In this document: positions 16,958 through 29,736 of the stretch, piece by piece
Layout: every line of letters begins with the position of its first letter
How positions within the stretch are numbered: the stretch's first letter is position 1
Assembly (NCBI RefSeq): GCF_009914755.1
Contig: NC_060936.1
Direction: 5' to 3' (one strand)
Length of the DNA: 64,000 nucleotides
From: the human T2T-CHM13v2.0 reference genome, Homo sapiens
Program-made: the position numbers and the translations under genes
The notes under the pieces: model-generated
Seen by the model: the letters and a program-made list of their open reading frames with translations, nothing else
Told to the model about the DNA's origin: nothing
Databases searched by the model: none

Positions 16958-18729
16958 AAATGGTAGGATCTTTAAGAGCACAAATGGTACCCCATTTCCA
17001 ACACTCCCAGACACTGAAACTAGAAGGAGATAAAACATGTAATGGAACTGGCACACAGCCCTTGCTGTCCCTGGGTGGCACATTCATATAGGTCTCTGGA
17101 TTCTCCGCTGCTGGAAATCACCCAAGTCCTCATGAGCCAGGGCCAATGCTCAATCCCAAGGCCATTTTCCCCTTGAATCTGCCCCCAAAACTCCCAGCTC
17201 CATCTGTGTCCTGAGTATGCATCCTGCCCTCAACATCAGATCAGGAACAGGGCTCCTTCCTGTCTTGGCCCCCGCTTGAAGCTCCCTCACCACCCAAGAC
17301 AAACACATTTTCTAACTGGTCCTCTCCTTGGTTATACATTGGAACCACCTGGAACTCAATAAAAGCTACCAAAGCCTGGCTCCCATGCCCAGAAATCCTG
17401 ATTTAATGGGTTACAAGTGCAAATTTGTAAAGCTCCCAAAGTGATCTAGTAAACAGCAAAATGTGCAATCCATTTTTGCTAAATGATGGAGTGCCTGAAT
17501 ATCTGTCCCTGTTTACTGGGGAGCAACTAAGATGCCCATGTCTGAGACATATGTCTCATTCTCCTTGGCACCAACACAAAATATCAACAGAGGGCAGACC
17601 CTCCTTTCATCAGTGCCCTTTCCAGACACCTCATCTTGTGGCCTACAGACTCAGAGGTCATGAGAACACACAGGAACTCTCCAGTTGGAAAACCCACACA
17701 CCACCTGACCTGCAACATGGTCACCCCAGTGACTGTCCACCAGGCACCTCCATCACTTACCTCCTCTTGTACTCCTCCACGAGTGCCTGCATGGTGCCCA
17801 GCTCCCCATCCAGCAGGCTCTGTTCCATCAGTAGCTTGTCCAGGTAGGCTTGGAGGCAGCCAATGTAGGACTCCAAGAAGGGCTGCAGGTCATTGGCACT
17901 AGCCTTGGCCGTCTACTGCAGGAGACACCACTTGGTCTCCAGAACCTTGTTCTGCTGCTCCAGGAACCGCACCTGTGATCAACCATGTTGGAGAGGGTCA
18001 TGGTCTGTCCAGTCCCCAGCTCAGGAGCAGATCTGCCCCCCAAACCCAGGCCACCCATGCCAAGGCCCCAAAGGCTCTCAGGACCACAGGCTCTCCCCCA
18101 CCTCAGACACTCACCTTGTCAACAAAGGAAGCAAATTTGTTGAGGGTCTTCCTTGGTCTTTACCTTCTCAATCTAGGGGTCAATCCCCACATTCAGGGGC
18201 TGCAGGGAGCTCTGGTTGATGGTCACCTCCTAGATGCCAAAGAGAAAGGCCCCCGAACCCCCAAAGCCCCAGGCTCCAACAGGAGCTCCTCCAAAGCTGC
18301 CAGGTCTCCTCCAATACTGAAGGAGATTCCTCTAAAGCCACTTATTGTGCCCTTTCCTTCTGCCCCACACAGGCTGCCCCCAAAGACACCTCAGCACCCC
18401 CATGCCCTGCCCTAGCCTGGATGGCACCTCCAGCCACCCTCAGTGAGATCTTCTTGCTCCCCCCAAGGCTGTACAGACTACTGCTGCCAAAGGTGTCCCC
18501 TAACATGACACTGGCCTCAGTGGCACTGCTTTTCCCAGAGTATGAGGCCAACTGGAACCTGGTGGAACTGCCATGGCTCTGGCCAGACACAAGGAAGGCA
18601 GAGTGGCTGCAGGAGACACAGGCAGCCTGGGAGGCCCTGCTGGACTACTGGCTCATCATTTTCTCTGGATGCAGGAAATGTCCTTATTCAGAAGCCTCAG
18701 AGGAAAGGCACAGGGGGAAGGGTGGCCCC

Positions 18730-18736
18730 TTTTATA
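18730..18736 (-). promoter_or_regulatory. TATA box of pseudogene B
   Basis: TATAAAA about 70 bp upstream of the ATG; homologous to the pseudogene A promoter. Confidence 0.7.
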
Positions 18737-21700
18737 GGTCCAGTGGATTGATTTATTCATTTGACAATTTCCTGGGTTTCATTATCTGGCTGAAACTAAT
18801 CCCCATAGCAACTTCCTGTACTGTAATCCTGAAATCTCCATTTCAGATCTTTCCTATAATTAATCCTACATAGACTTCCTGCAGGAACAAACCCAGGCCC
18901 TCCCTTGCTAAGTGAGCTTGGTTCCTGCCAGACTTGGCCCAGCCCCAACCCCAGCACCCTGGGCACTGGCTTCTCAGGAGGCAGCAGGTCCAATAAGGTG
19001 AGTTGGTGGCTTTTTCATTCCACCTTAACCCTGGGCGTCCACTCCTGTCATTCTGCTGTCTGCCTCTCAGAATGAACAAGGCTCACCCGGGAATCTGGAA
19101 AGAGTTGAGAGGATCAAATGAAAGGGTAGTTTCCTCCTAATTTTAGCACCTCCAAGTCTCACACCATGTGTGTCCATGGAACTCCCCAGAGAGTTTGTCC
19201 CTGGGTCTGCAACACAACCTGCACTCTCACTATTCTAGCCAGGGAGAGGGGGATTCAGCCAGAATATCCCAGGCTGAGCCAGGGGTCTGAATGAATGGAC
19301 TGGATACTTGAAGGCATTCATTCATCTGAGACTGAGCAATGCTCACCATTCTGGTGACCAAGAGAGTTCCTAACATCCCCTCTGTCTGCCTGTGGCTCCC
19401 TGGGTGGCTCTGTTGATTCTGTTTTTCAACCTGCTGCCCAGGGAGCCTCATGTCACTCATCTCACATCCCGTGCCCAGTCTCTTCCACTTTCAAACATGC
19501 CCCCTTAGTCCCCTTTTCAGGCCCCTGTGTATTCTGCTGCCTGCATTCCCTTCCTGCCTCTCCCCTGCAGTGAGGGCTGCACCCTTGTCCACCTGACTAC
19601 AGATGCCATGATGACAGGATCCTCTCTGCCTGGTTCTCCAGGGCTCCCCATTGCCTAGCACAGTGCCTGGCCCATGGTAGGCTCCCAGATTTTGTGGGAT
19701 CAGCAACTATTCGGTTCCTCCTGCTTATAGCATTGTCCTCTGTGTGGGTAGTTGTGTGTCCCGCCTCCACTGTCATGCTGGAGAAGAAAAGTCTTGGCCC
19801 TCCAGACAGCCTTCTACCCAATCATCTCCTGCCCCAAACCCAGGACAGGAGCCTGTATGCATGAACTTAAGATGGGGTTTTGAGATACAGACTGACTAAA
19901 TCAGCTGCCACTTGTAGGAGTGGCTGCCCTCTCTGCTAAACATGCCCACCTGTGTACCAAGCCCATGTTAAGCACATGGGAAATGCAGCCAAATCATCCA
20001 ACTGGAGGGAAAAGAGACCCAGCTGATTGGAAGGTCTTGAATCTCACCTCACACCCTCACATTTTCTCAGCCCCTAGAAGCCCCTAACATACCAGCTTGG
20101 ATGCTTCTCTTGGCAGCCTGACACCCTCAGGGGCCTGGGTAGAGGCTGAAGATTATCCTCAAAATAAACAAAAGAGAGGCAATTTTATTAAGAATTCTAA
20201 CCGGGGGTAACAGCAACAGTCATCCTGGCTATAAGGAGAGAGGATCTGAATCCAGTGGTTTCTGGTGAGCACAGGCCAAGAAAAAATTTACGCTACAGTA
20301 ACGGGGGTGCTAGAAGGCCTTCCCTGCAGAGAGGCCAGAGAGCTGGGCACTCCAAGCTGCCATGCCATTGCCTCTGGAGGGAAGAGAAGTTTTGACTGGG
20401 TTTCAGGGGTAGGTTCACTGCCAACTGACCCTGTGCACAAGGATAAACAACTTGATGACCGAGAAGCTTCTAGTTACAGTTTATTAAAATTAAAATTAAA
20501 ATAAAGATCATGCTCAGGTTGCCCTGGAGGCTGCAGTTCTTTCCACCTCTGGTAGGTGCTTATACCAGGCTTAGAACAGACACATTCTTTGGCACCACCA
20601 CATCAACAGGAATCTAATGTTGTCCTTGCCTCTGTAGACAGCACCACAGGAGTAGGTCATGGGATGGCAAGTCAGCTCTCAAAGACTTTGGGAAGGGCAC
20701 TCATTGCAAGACACACAAGACAACATGGGAGCTAAAGTTTAAGCAAACCCAGTTCTGTTCCATTTATTGAATAGCTTCTTGATCATATAACAAGAAGTTT
20801 ACAGGAAGGAGGAAATGTGTTCTGTTAATACCCAGAAAGCAAACAGCCTGACACTGTCACCCAGAGCATGAGGCAGACACGGATGGGACCAGAAACAGCC
20901 ACGTGACTATTGCAGTTGCAGGAGGGGATTGAAATGGGAACTGTGGAGGGCGGTTAGTCAAGGAAGACTTCCCAGAGAAGGTATCTTGAGGTGAGCTGAT
21001 GGAGATGATAAAGAGTATCCCATGTTGCGGGCGTAAAGAGACTTGCAGAAACCCATCTGTGCAGCAAATATTACGCTTCATTTGAGGCAAGATCATCAAA
21101 GGCTGCTGAAGGCTACAAAGCAGAGCGTGGTATATCCACAAATGCAGGGATATGTACCAGCCTGACCCATTGAGTGGGAAGAATTTATGCTGTTTCTGAC
21201 AGCCTGGGAAACTGCAGGGGGTCATGAGTTTGGGTGTGGCTCACTGCTCCCCAAAGATCACCCGGAGTCTCTAGTCTCTCTTTGCTCCCATCCACCCCTG
21301 CCAACATGATCTTATGCAAGTACCATTTTCAAAATGTCACTCTCCTACCCAAAAGTTGACTAGCCTGCCTCTTCTAGCAGAACGATCTCCTCTTTTGACC
21401 TTAAATGCCCTCCCCTTTCCCTTTTTCTTTCCTCCATCCTGATTCCACCACTTTAATGTTAAAACTCTGTCATTCCATCCAAGCCAATCTTCTTGCTATC
21501 ATTTGGTAGGAAGTTGAACAAATTACCTCCACGGTTTCTTCCCCCTGTTGGGTTCTGGAATACCATGCATCTCCTCCCCACCACCACCATCGTCCTTGCT
21601 AAGTTCCACCTCTGAGAGGATGACCCACTCAGCAGCCTGGCCATGGAATCCCTGGGTCTTCTCAATTCCGGTCACCTTCTCCTTCACTCCACCTCAACCA

Positions 21701-21929
21701 CACACTCCATGCCTGCAGCCTGGACCATCACCAAGAACTGCTGCCTCCTAGAAGCTTAATTCCCAAGCCCCACTTTCTGGCCATAACTTTCCATCTCCCA
21801 GGGCTCTCCCAATTAACTCTCATTACATCTGCTCTTCACTCATGTAAATAATCTCATTGTCTTAACCCCTTCATTTTTTCCAAGGCTGTTAGCTCTCTCC
21901 TAGTTTCTTTTCCTGCTCTTCTCACATTA

Positions 21930-22720
21930 AGCATTATTCATTCATTCAACAAATACTTTCTGAGCATCTACTATATGCTAGGCATTGACCAGGTGGTGGA
22001 AAGTGGTGAACAAAATTGATGCTATCTCATTCCTCATAGAAGGAACAGACTGGACTTCACCACCTGGACGACCTTCTCACCAGCCTCATCAATTCCCCTA
22101 TTCCCCTATCTTTCAACCATCAGCCTAACAAAGTCCCTTCTCAAGGCCATGACTAAAACTTCCTTCCCCCACCTGCTGCAGGCACTGAGCTCTGCTAAGG
22201 GAGACCACCCAAGCCTAGCTTCCTACTTCACCAAGAACACTGAAGCCATCAGGAGTGATCCCCTCAGCATCCCTTCTGTGCCTTGACTCCTGCCTGCCTC
22301 CACACCCACCTGATTTTCCTTTTTCTTGTACAAGGCTTCAAGGTGTATCCCCACCCATCTCCTCTAATTCTTTGCTCCATCAGTTACCCTCCTCCCTCTC
22401 CTGCCCCTCCTCTCAACCTCTCCTCTCATACCCAAGTCTTTCCCACCCTTACAGTACCTCTTATCACCCCATGGCACCTTCTTGCTATCATTCTGTCTCT
22501 CTTCCCCTTCTCAACTAAATGTCTCAAGAGGATAACCCCATTTTGTCCACTTACCTGTCTCTGATTAGCTCCTAAACCCATGAAATCTAGCTCTGTACAC
22601 AACCCTGACATCATGGATACCACATTCCTAAGAATGCCTTTCTCCATGACTTCCTAAAAGCCAAACCCGATAGACAACCTTCAGTCTTCATGCCACCAGA
22701 TCTCTCTACTGCAGCTGAAA
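21930..22720. mobile_element. Degraded L2 fragments
   Basis: ATTCATTCATTCAACAAATACTTTCTGAGCATCTACTATATGCTAGGC (L2 3' end) and pyrimidine-rich L2-like sequence; boundaries approximate. Confidence 0.5.
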
Positions 22721-24856
22721 TGTGATATATGCATAAGCCATTCTTTGCAGTATCATCACAACAGTAACTTGCACATGTTTTTTAAATCCCTACATTCCTT
22801 AAAAGTGTGCATTAATAGGTTTCCAGCTTCATTCTGGCACAACTTGGCAACTTCCTTGTGGATGTGGTGGATAACCCATGGGCAGGTCCAGTTTGTCAAG
22901 AACGTGAACACAGTGCTCCTTGATGAAATGAATCTAAAACCAGGAGATTCTAAAGCTCCTAGAGTGGCAATGAGCCACTGGAGAGCAGGTATAGAGAAGT
23001 TGTGGTGTCATTACTATCTTGTTCTAGAAAGGCAGTGCTGACCTTACATTGAGTGGTGTGGAGGCAGGCCAGCTGCAGAAACTGAGGACTGAGGAGATTC
23101 AACATTAGATTGAGGAAAGGCCCCTCTTCTCCAGATCTCAGGGCTCAGGATAGTGACAATCTAACACAAAACCACCAGACCACCATGTCAGTTGTGTGTA
23201 TTGTGTCATATATAAGAGTTCCAGGCCAAGGATGTGAAAGGGAGCGAAAATCTAGCCCATACTCTAGTCACCGAGCTGTGTGCTCTGCCATGGACTATGT
23301 CCACCCAGAAGAACACAAACATATGTTACTTTACACAAGTGCTATCCTTTGCTAAGACATGCAACCATGAAGCTGTCTGCACAGAATGGACATCTATTTC
23401 TAATTCACAAAAAGACCTGAGAGGTCCAGAAGACTTCAGAACACCAGTTTAACATCATGAGTTTCAGCATGAGAAGAATCTAGCGCTAGAAAACCTTCAT
23501 TTGTGCCTCACTGGTCTTCAGGTCAGTTAAGTCATGTTGTGGTGAAACCCCATGAGTCAAATCCTGGCTCCCCACCTCCTAGTTACATTACCTCAGGTAA
23601 GTTGTTTAACCCACTATGCCTTGAATTCCACCTATCAGATGAAAATTTGCTGTGAGGATTAAATTATTTTAGAACATGTCCTGGTACATAACAAGCACTC
23701 AGTGCACATTAGCTTTTAACTAGTAGTGTCATCCTTATGTACAATGATAGAAAATCTTCTCTGGACCATCAACCACACAACACACCCTCTCATCAGCGGG
23801 GTCTTTGTTCTCCAAAGTTTGCATGTGGGTGCTGTTGCCACATTTGTTCAGTGCTTTCCTGTTTTAAAAAGGCAAGTGAGTACAAGGGTGTGTGTGTCTA
23901 TGTGTGTGGGAGGTAAGGCAAGGGTTACAGTCAGAAGGCTCAGGGCATCAGCCAAGTGTGCAGAGGGAAACTGAGCAGACTGATTCAGCCCTATATTAAA
24001 AACCATGCCAATTCTAACTAAACCATTTCAGCTTTGATTTTACAAAGCTGAAAATAAACTAAAAATGCCTCAAGTCCTAGGTTTTCTCTGTACTTCTATT
24101 ACAAAGCATTATTGTTGGCCAGCTAAGACCCTGCATCTTAATTACCAGTTTTGCAGGGCAAAACATGCATGAAATGAATTTATGGGAATTCAAATGTGGA
24201 CTATTTGGCCTTGACTGTGAGTAACCCCAGCTTTAATAAGGCAAAACGCCTGGCTTGAAACAACCAAATAATTAGTCTAAACAGTGGGAGTGAGAAAGGA
24301 GCTCTAATACATACATTTTGTTAATTGCTGTCCCCTGTTGCCAGCAAAGGTGAATTGGAAGAGGTCAACCGGAGCCCCCTGGAGGCAAGGAGGACAGTTA
24401 GGAGTTTGTCTCTGTCAGCCAGGGATGAGTTAGCAAGAGCCATTACTTCAGTGAACTGGGACACCAGAGTTGGACCTCAGAAATTCAGCCAGTGGGAGAA
24501 AGAACATCTGGAATAGACAGAGAAGGCAGGAGGGGGCCTGGGAAGCCTGGCCTAAGTAGCAGCAATCCCTACTCCAGCCCTAGCTTGGCTTTCCTGAATG
24601 TCCCAAGCAAGCATTTACCATTGATCAAATGGCAGCATGCCAGAGAAGCCCACCCCCTCCAGAATCCCTGCAGAATGTTCTCATGAGTTCTATATGTGTG
24701 GTGGGCTGCCTGCCATCCCTGGGCCTTCACCTCCAGGGTCTTCAAGGATCCCAGGGTCTTCTCCATGCTCCCAGGGCACCAGCTTTTACCAAAAAAAAAG
24801 GTAACCTCCCCATCCAAATCCCAGTCAACCAGCCAACTGACCAGCTCCCTCTGGCC

Positions 24857-25180
24857 CTGTCTCAGTTCAAATTCCCAAAAACAGACTCAGATGAAGATTT
24901 GTGTACAGGAAGTTTATTGGAGAGGATCAATATGTAAGGAAGTGAATGAAGCAGGATTGGGGATTGGGGAAAAGTTAAACTCCTATGTAGTTGGGTTGGC
25001 TGCAACAAAGGTCTCAGCAAATCCCACCAAGCACTAGACCTGCCAATGGGGAGAGATCATAGCCTAGGGCAAGGCGTTCCTGGAAAGGCACTCTTCTAAG
25101 AGCAATCAGGAGCCACAGCAGCTGGAGAAGTGAGTGCTAGGTTCTCAAAAGGGTGAGAGCCCACCACCCATCCACTACAG
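24857..25180. mobile_element. Old LTR remnant (MLT1/LTR16-type)
   Basis: TGTCTCAG...CAGACTCAGATGAAGATTTGTGTACAGGAAGTTTATTGG...CATCCACTACA, with TG...CA termini; family uncertain. Confidence 0.45.
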
Positions 25181-25350
25181 ACCCCACCTAGGGGGCTGAT
25201 CCTGCTTCTGTTTCTCTCCCAGCCTTGCCTCACTCTGTCATCTCATCTACTACCACAGACATAATTTTGGAGGTGGCCTCTTCCCACAACTTGGCCCCAC
25301 TTCCCTGCAATCCTGTAAGCCCCTCTGCTGTCCCTCCTGCTAAGCTAGGT

Positions 25351-26422
25351 TATCAGGGGAAACACCCCACATAATTCAATGTAGGTTCTTTTCTATTTTC
25401 CCTAAGTGTAGGCTGGTCTGAGAAATAAAGGGAAAGAGTACAAAAGAGATAAATTTTAAAGCTGGGTGTCTGGGGGAGACATCACATGTTGGCAGGTTCC
25501 ATGATGCCCCCCAGGCCACAAAACCAGCAAGTTTTTATTAGTGATTTTCAAAGGGGAGGGAGTATACGAATAGGGTGTGGGTCACAGAGATCACATGCTT
25601 CACAAGGCAATAAAATATCACAAGGCAAATGGGGGCAGAGCAAGATCACAGAACCAGGGCAAAATTAAAATTGCTAATGAAGTTTCGGGCACATATTGTC
25701 ATTGATAACATCTTATCAGGAGACAAGGTTTGAAAGCAGAAAACTAGCCTGACTAAAATTTACTAGGCAGGAATTTCCTCGTCCTAATAGGCCTGGGAGC
25801 GCTACAGGAGACCAGGGCTTATTTCATCCCTTATCTACAACTGTATAAGACAGACATTCCCAGAGCAGCCATTTTAGAGACCTCCCCCTAGGAACTCATT
25901 CTCTTTCTCAGGGCTGTTTCTTGCTAAGAAAAAGAATTCAGCGATATTTCTCCTATTCGCTTTTGTAAGAAGAGAAATATGGCTCTGTTCCGCCCAGCTC
26001 TCGGGCAGTCAGATCTAATGGTTATCTCCCTTGTTCCCTGAACATCTCTGTTATCCTGTTCTTTTTGCAAGGGGCCCAGATTTCATATTCTTTAAACACA
26101 CATGCTTTACGAACAATTTGTTCAGTTAACACAATTATCACAGGGTCCTGAGACAACATACATCCTCAGTTTACGAAGATGACAGTATTAAGAGATTAAA
26201 GACAGGCATAGGAAATCACAAGAGTATTGATTAGGGAAGTGATAAATGTCCATGAAATCTTCACAATTTTATGCTCAGAGATTGCAGTAAAGACAGGCGT
26301 AAGAAATTATAAAAGTATTAATTTGGGGAACTAATAAATGTCCATGAAATAGTCACGATTTATGTTCTTCTGCCATGGCTTCAGTCAGTCCCTCCATTTG
26401 GGGTCCCTGACTTCCCACAACA
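25351..26422 (-). mobile_element. MER11 (HERV-K/HML-8) solo LTR
   Basis: The minus strand starts TGTTGTGGGAAGTCAGGGACCCCAAATGGAGGGAC and has the duplicated TTTCATGGACATTTAT motifs. Perfect 6-bp TSD CTAGGT (25345-25350 / 26423-26428), typical of ERVK. Confidence 0.92.
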
Positions 26423-27689
26423 CTAGGTTCTCTCTTTGTCACCCCACCCCAACTATTCTCAGCATCCCCAACAGGGCACTGATTCTGGCACAATTGTGAA
26501 TGGTTGCTGGATTCTTGAGTGACTAAGGTGCTGTTGGAGTCCTTGCCTCAGGCAAGCAAGAAGACAGGAGCAGCAGCTTCTTCCCAATGTGGAACCACAG
26601 AATGGGACTAGGATATATGTAGGACTGGCTTCTAGGTGACTTGCCAGGAGCTATGGTGGTACAAGGATCAGGCTCCCCTGAAGAAGGTGGACTAGACAAC
26701 ACCAGGGCCCCTGGCAAAGAAAAGCAAGACAGGGTGGAGACTGAAAGCTCAGGTTGTAGAGGACAGTCAGTGGGCCCCCTTTAGGGAATTTTCTCCAGTC
26801 CTGTCAACACTCAGCATATGATATTAGTATAAAATCCTCTCCATTCATATCATCCTTCCCCAGTAGGTTCTGCTTTGCCTTTGTCTCTTTAGGGGGATCC
26901 AGATCTAAATAGACCATCCAGACATAGTCTAAACAATGCAATGTGCCCTGGACAGCCTCTGCTAAAATTGGGATTAAAAGAAATCATTATCTTTTTCTGC
27001 TCAAAATGTTGATAGGTCCTTTGATCTCAGACCTACCACAGGCTGATCATACAGTAGGTAGCCAATAAAATGTGTCTTTCTTTCATCCAGTCATGATACC
27101 ATGGCAACAGTTAGATGAAATATTTATCTGCATTTATAAGACACTGTTTATAATATCTTTTACAAACAAATGGCTAGTTTTGTTAATCTACAAAGAGTAT
27201 GTACAGATTATTTAGAAAAACAAAATGATCACTCAAAGAGAAAATGGACTGAATAAGTGAAGAGACAATTCACAGAAAATGAAAGCTAAATAGCGAATAA
27301 ACATATTTGTAATGCTCAACCTCATTAGCAATCAGATAATGAAAATAAAACAGAAAACTGTCAAAAAAAAAAACTAAAAAGAATACCACACAGTGTTCAG
27401 AAGACTGTGGAGAAATAGGAAGTCTTATATGTTACTTACAAAAGCATGAATTGGTACAATCTTTCTGGAGAGCGGCCTGACCATATAAATCAAAAATTTT
27501 AAGTGGCCTTGCAATTCCAATAACTTCTAAAAAGTTACCTTAAAGAATGAATAGGACCAGTGTCCAGAGAACTGTGTGTTCATTGCAGCAACATTTATTA
27601 CAGTGGAAAAAGTAGAAATAAACATATATGTAAAAAGGTGCTACATCTATATAATGGAATATTATGCAGTTATTAAGAAAGACGACTTG

Positions 27690-29736
27690 GCCATGAGGGT
27701 AACAGGTGGCAGGGCATGGCACCTACAGCTCAGTAATCGGGGGGGCAGGGTGCGGGGAAGGGGAGGGATGCACAGGCGCAGACTCTGTGGGTCTCAGGCT
27801 GATGGGAGGCTGCTTGCCAGCTCCTAGATCAGGGATGGATGCAGCAGCGGAAGTGACGGAAGCCCCAGAGGAAGAGAGCTTTGCACTACCCATCTCTTCC
27901 ACCTCTGAAGCCAAATTCAATACTGTGGTTGGTTCTATTGAGGCCATCATCATGGATCCCGAGTTCCAGTACCACAGAGAAATTTCATGGACAAATACTA
28001 CCAGGAATTTGAAGACACAGAAGAGAATAAACTCACCTACACACCAATCTTTAACGAATACCTTTCTTTGGTAGAAAAATATATTGAAGAACAGCTGCTG
28101 GAGCGGATTCCAGAATTCAACATGGCGACCTTCACAGCAACATTAAAGCACCATAAAAATGAAGTGGCTGATGACATATTCAACATGCTAGTCACATTTA
28201 CAGACTTTCTGGCATTTAAAGAGATGTTTCTGGACTACAGAGCAGAAAAAGAAGGCCAGGGACTGGATTTAAGTGGCGATTTAGTGGTGACTTCGTTGTG
28301 CAAAACACCTTCCACGCCAGCTATCCAAAACAATCTGTGGCACTAGCTTGCATCTCCAGGCAGTGGGAGACTTCTGGACATCATAGGCCCAGTAGGCGGG
28401 GAGAGGCGTCTGTTCTTAATGACAGAATATGTCTTGGAAAGACTGACTGCAGCTCTTCATTAATGTTAAGCATTGATGAATCAAAAAGATAATTACCTGA
28501 CCCTCCAGGGACCTCTGCTTTTCCTGAAACACCTTCTTGTATTCAGTAACACTACTGCCCCTGCCAAAGTAGACACACCTCTCTCAGGAACTTCTGAGGG
28601 TCAGACTACTCTGTGACAAGAGATTGTGTCAAGCAATCCACCTGGAAGACCCCTTTTCTCACCATACATGTTCCTGTGTCAACAACGTGGAAAATAACAC
28701 CATCACAAACCCTCCCTGTCCCAGATACCACAGGCAGGCTTTGCACTAAACTTTCGTGTGCTCACAGCTCTTTCACTTGGGTAAGATTTGTAGTCCATCA
28801 ACCCTAGGGATCCACCTGGGCAGGTATTTTACTTTTTGGGAGTATTTATCTAGGATGTCATTCAAACCAACTGCCCCTGACTTGAGATTTCTGAAGCTCC
28901 TATTTTCTGCCCACTATTACGAGAAAACTAGAGCCAGTCTTGGCCAAAAGAAGCAACTGAAAAACAGGTCGTTAACTAAAAGCTACATGGGAAAAATCAA
29001 TTCCTAGGTGTGGGTTTGCAGTTCTTTTATCACTGTCTTCTGCTAGTCCTGATATAGTCCCACAGTTTCTAGAGAAGCCTTTATTTTTTTAAGCATCATT
29101 GTTGAAAAAATATTTTTGTAGATGAATACTCAAGCTGTAGATCTAATACAGTAGATCTGATTTTAGAATTTCTGATTAGCCCCTTAAAGATCTAAGTATT
29201 AAATGGCTTGTACTTTTTAATTGTAGTGCTGTGACGGCAAAAATGTTTTCTTTATTGAAATTCCTATTTTACTGGACATCAATGGATATGTGCTATGTGC
29301 TGGAAATCAACTAAAAGGTATCTTTTACTTATACCATGTTAAGTGTGTTTGTACAGATTTACTTAAAATCCTTTCCATATAAATCAGTCTGTTAGGTTTT
29401 TGGTTGGGGTGGGGATGAGTTTGCTAAGATGTGATTCTTCAAGCTCTGTAATTCCAACTCTATCCTTCTTCCTTTCAAAATATTTCTTGCAAAAAAATAA
29501 TGTTCCACTGGTCTAGTTCAGCCTGAGTAAGAGAAAGCAGCAAAAGGCTTCAGAGGTACCAAAGGTCATCTGTCTGGCTTCCTGTTAGTAAAATGTTTGG
29601 TAGGACATTACTGACTAGAAAACATGTATGTCACACCTCTAGAAAGAAGAAAAACACATAATTGTTTATAGTTCCTAATGTGTACCTTTGATTTTGTTTT
29701 TTAAGTAAAAATAAGAATCTGCACTGAAAAAGAAAA
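27690..29736 (+). pseudogene. ARL2BPP2: Processed pseudogene of ARL2BP (BART), inserted into an old L1M element
   Basis: EESFALPISSTSEAKFNTVVG..IIMD / MDKYYQEFEDTEENKLTYTPIFNEY...FTDFLAFKEMFLDYRAEKEGQGLDLS...QNNLWH* (28346). Start codon mutated to ACG (27856) and a frameshift near 27968. Intronless, with a long 3' UTR and a short A-rich tail at about 29727-29736. The P2 suffix is from memory. Confidence 0.9.
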
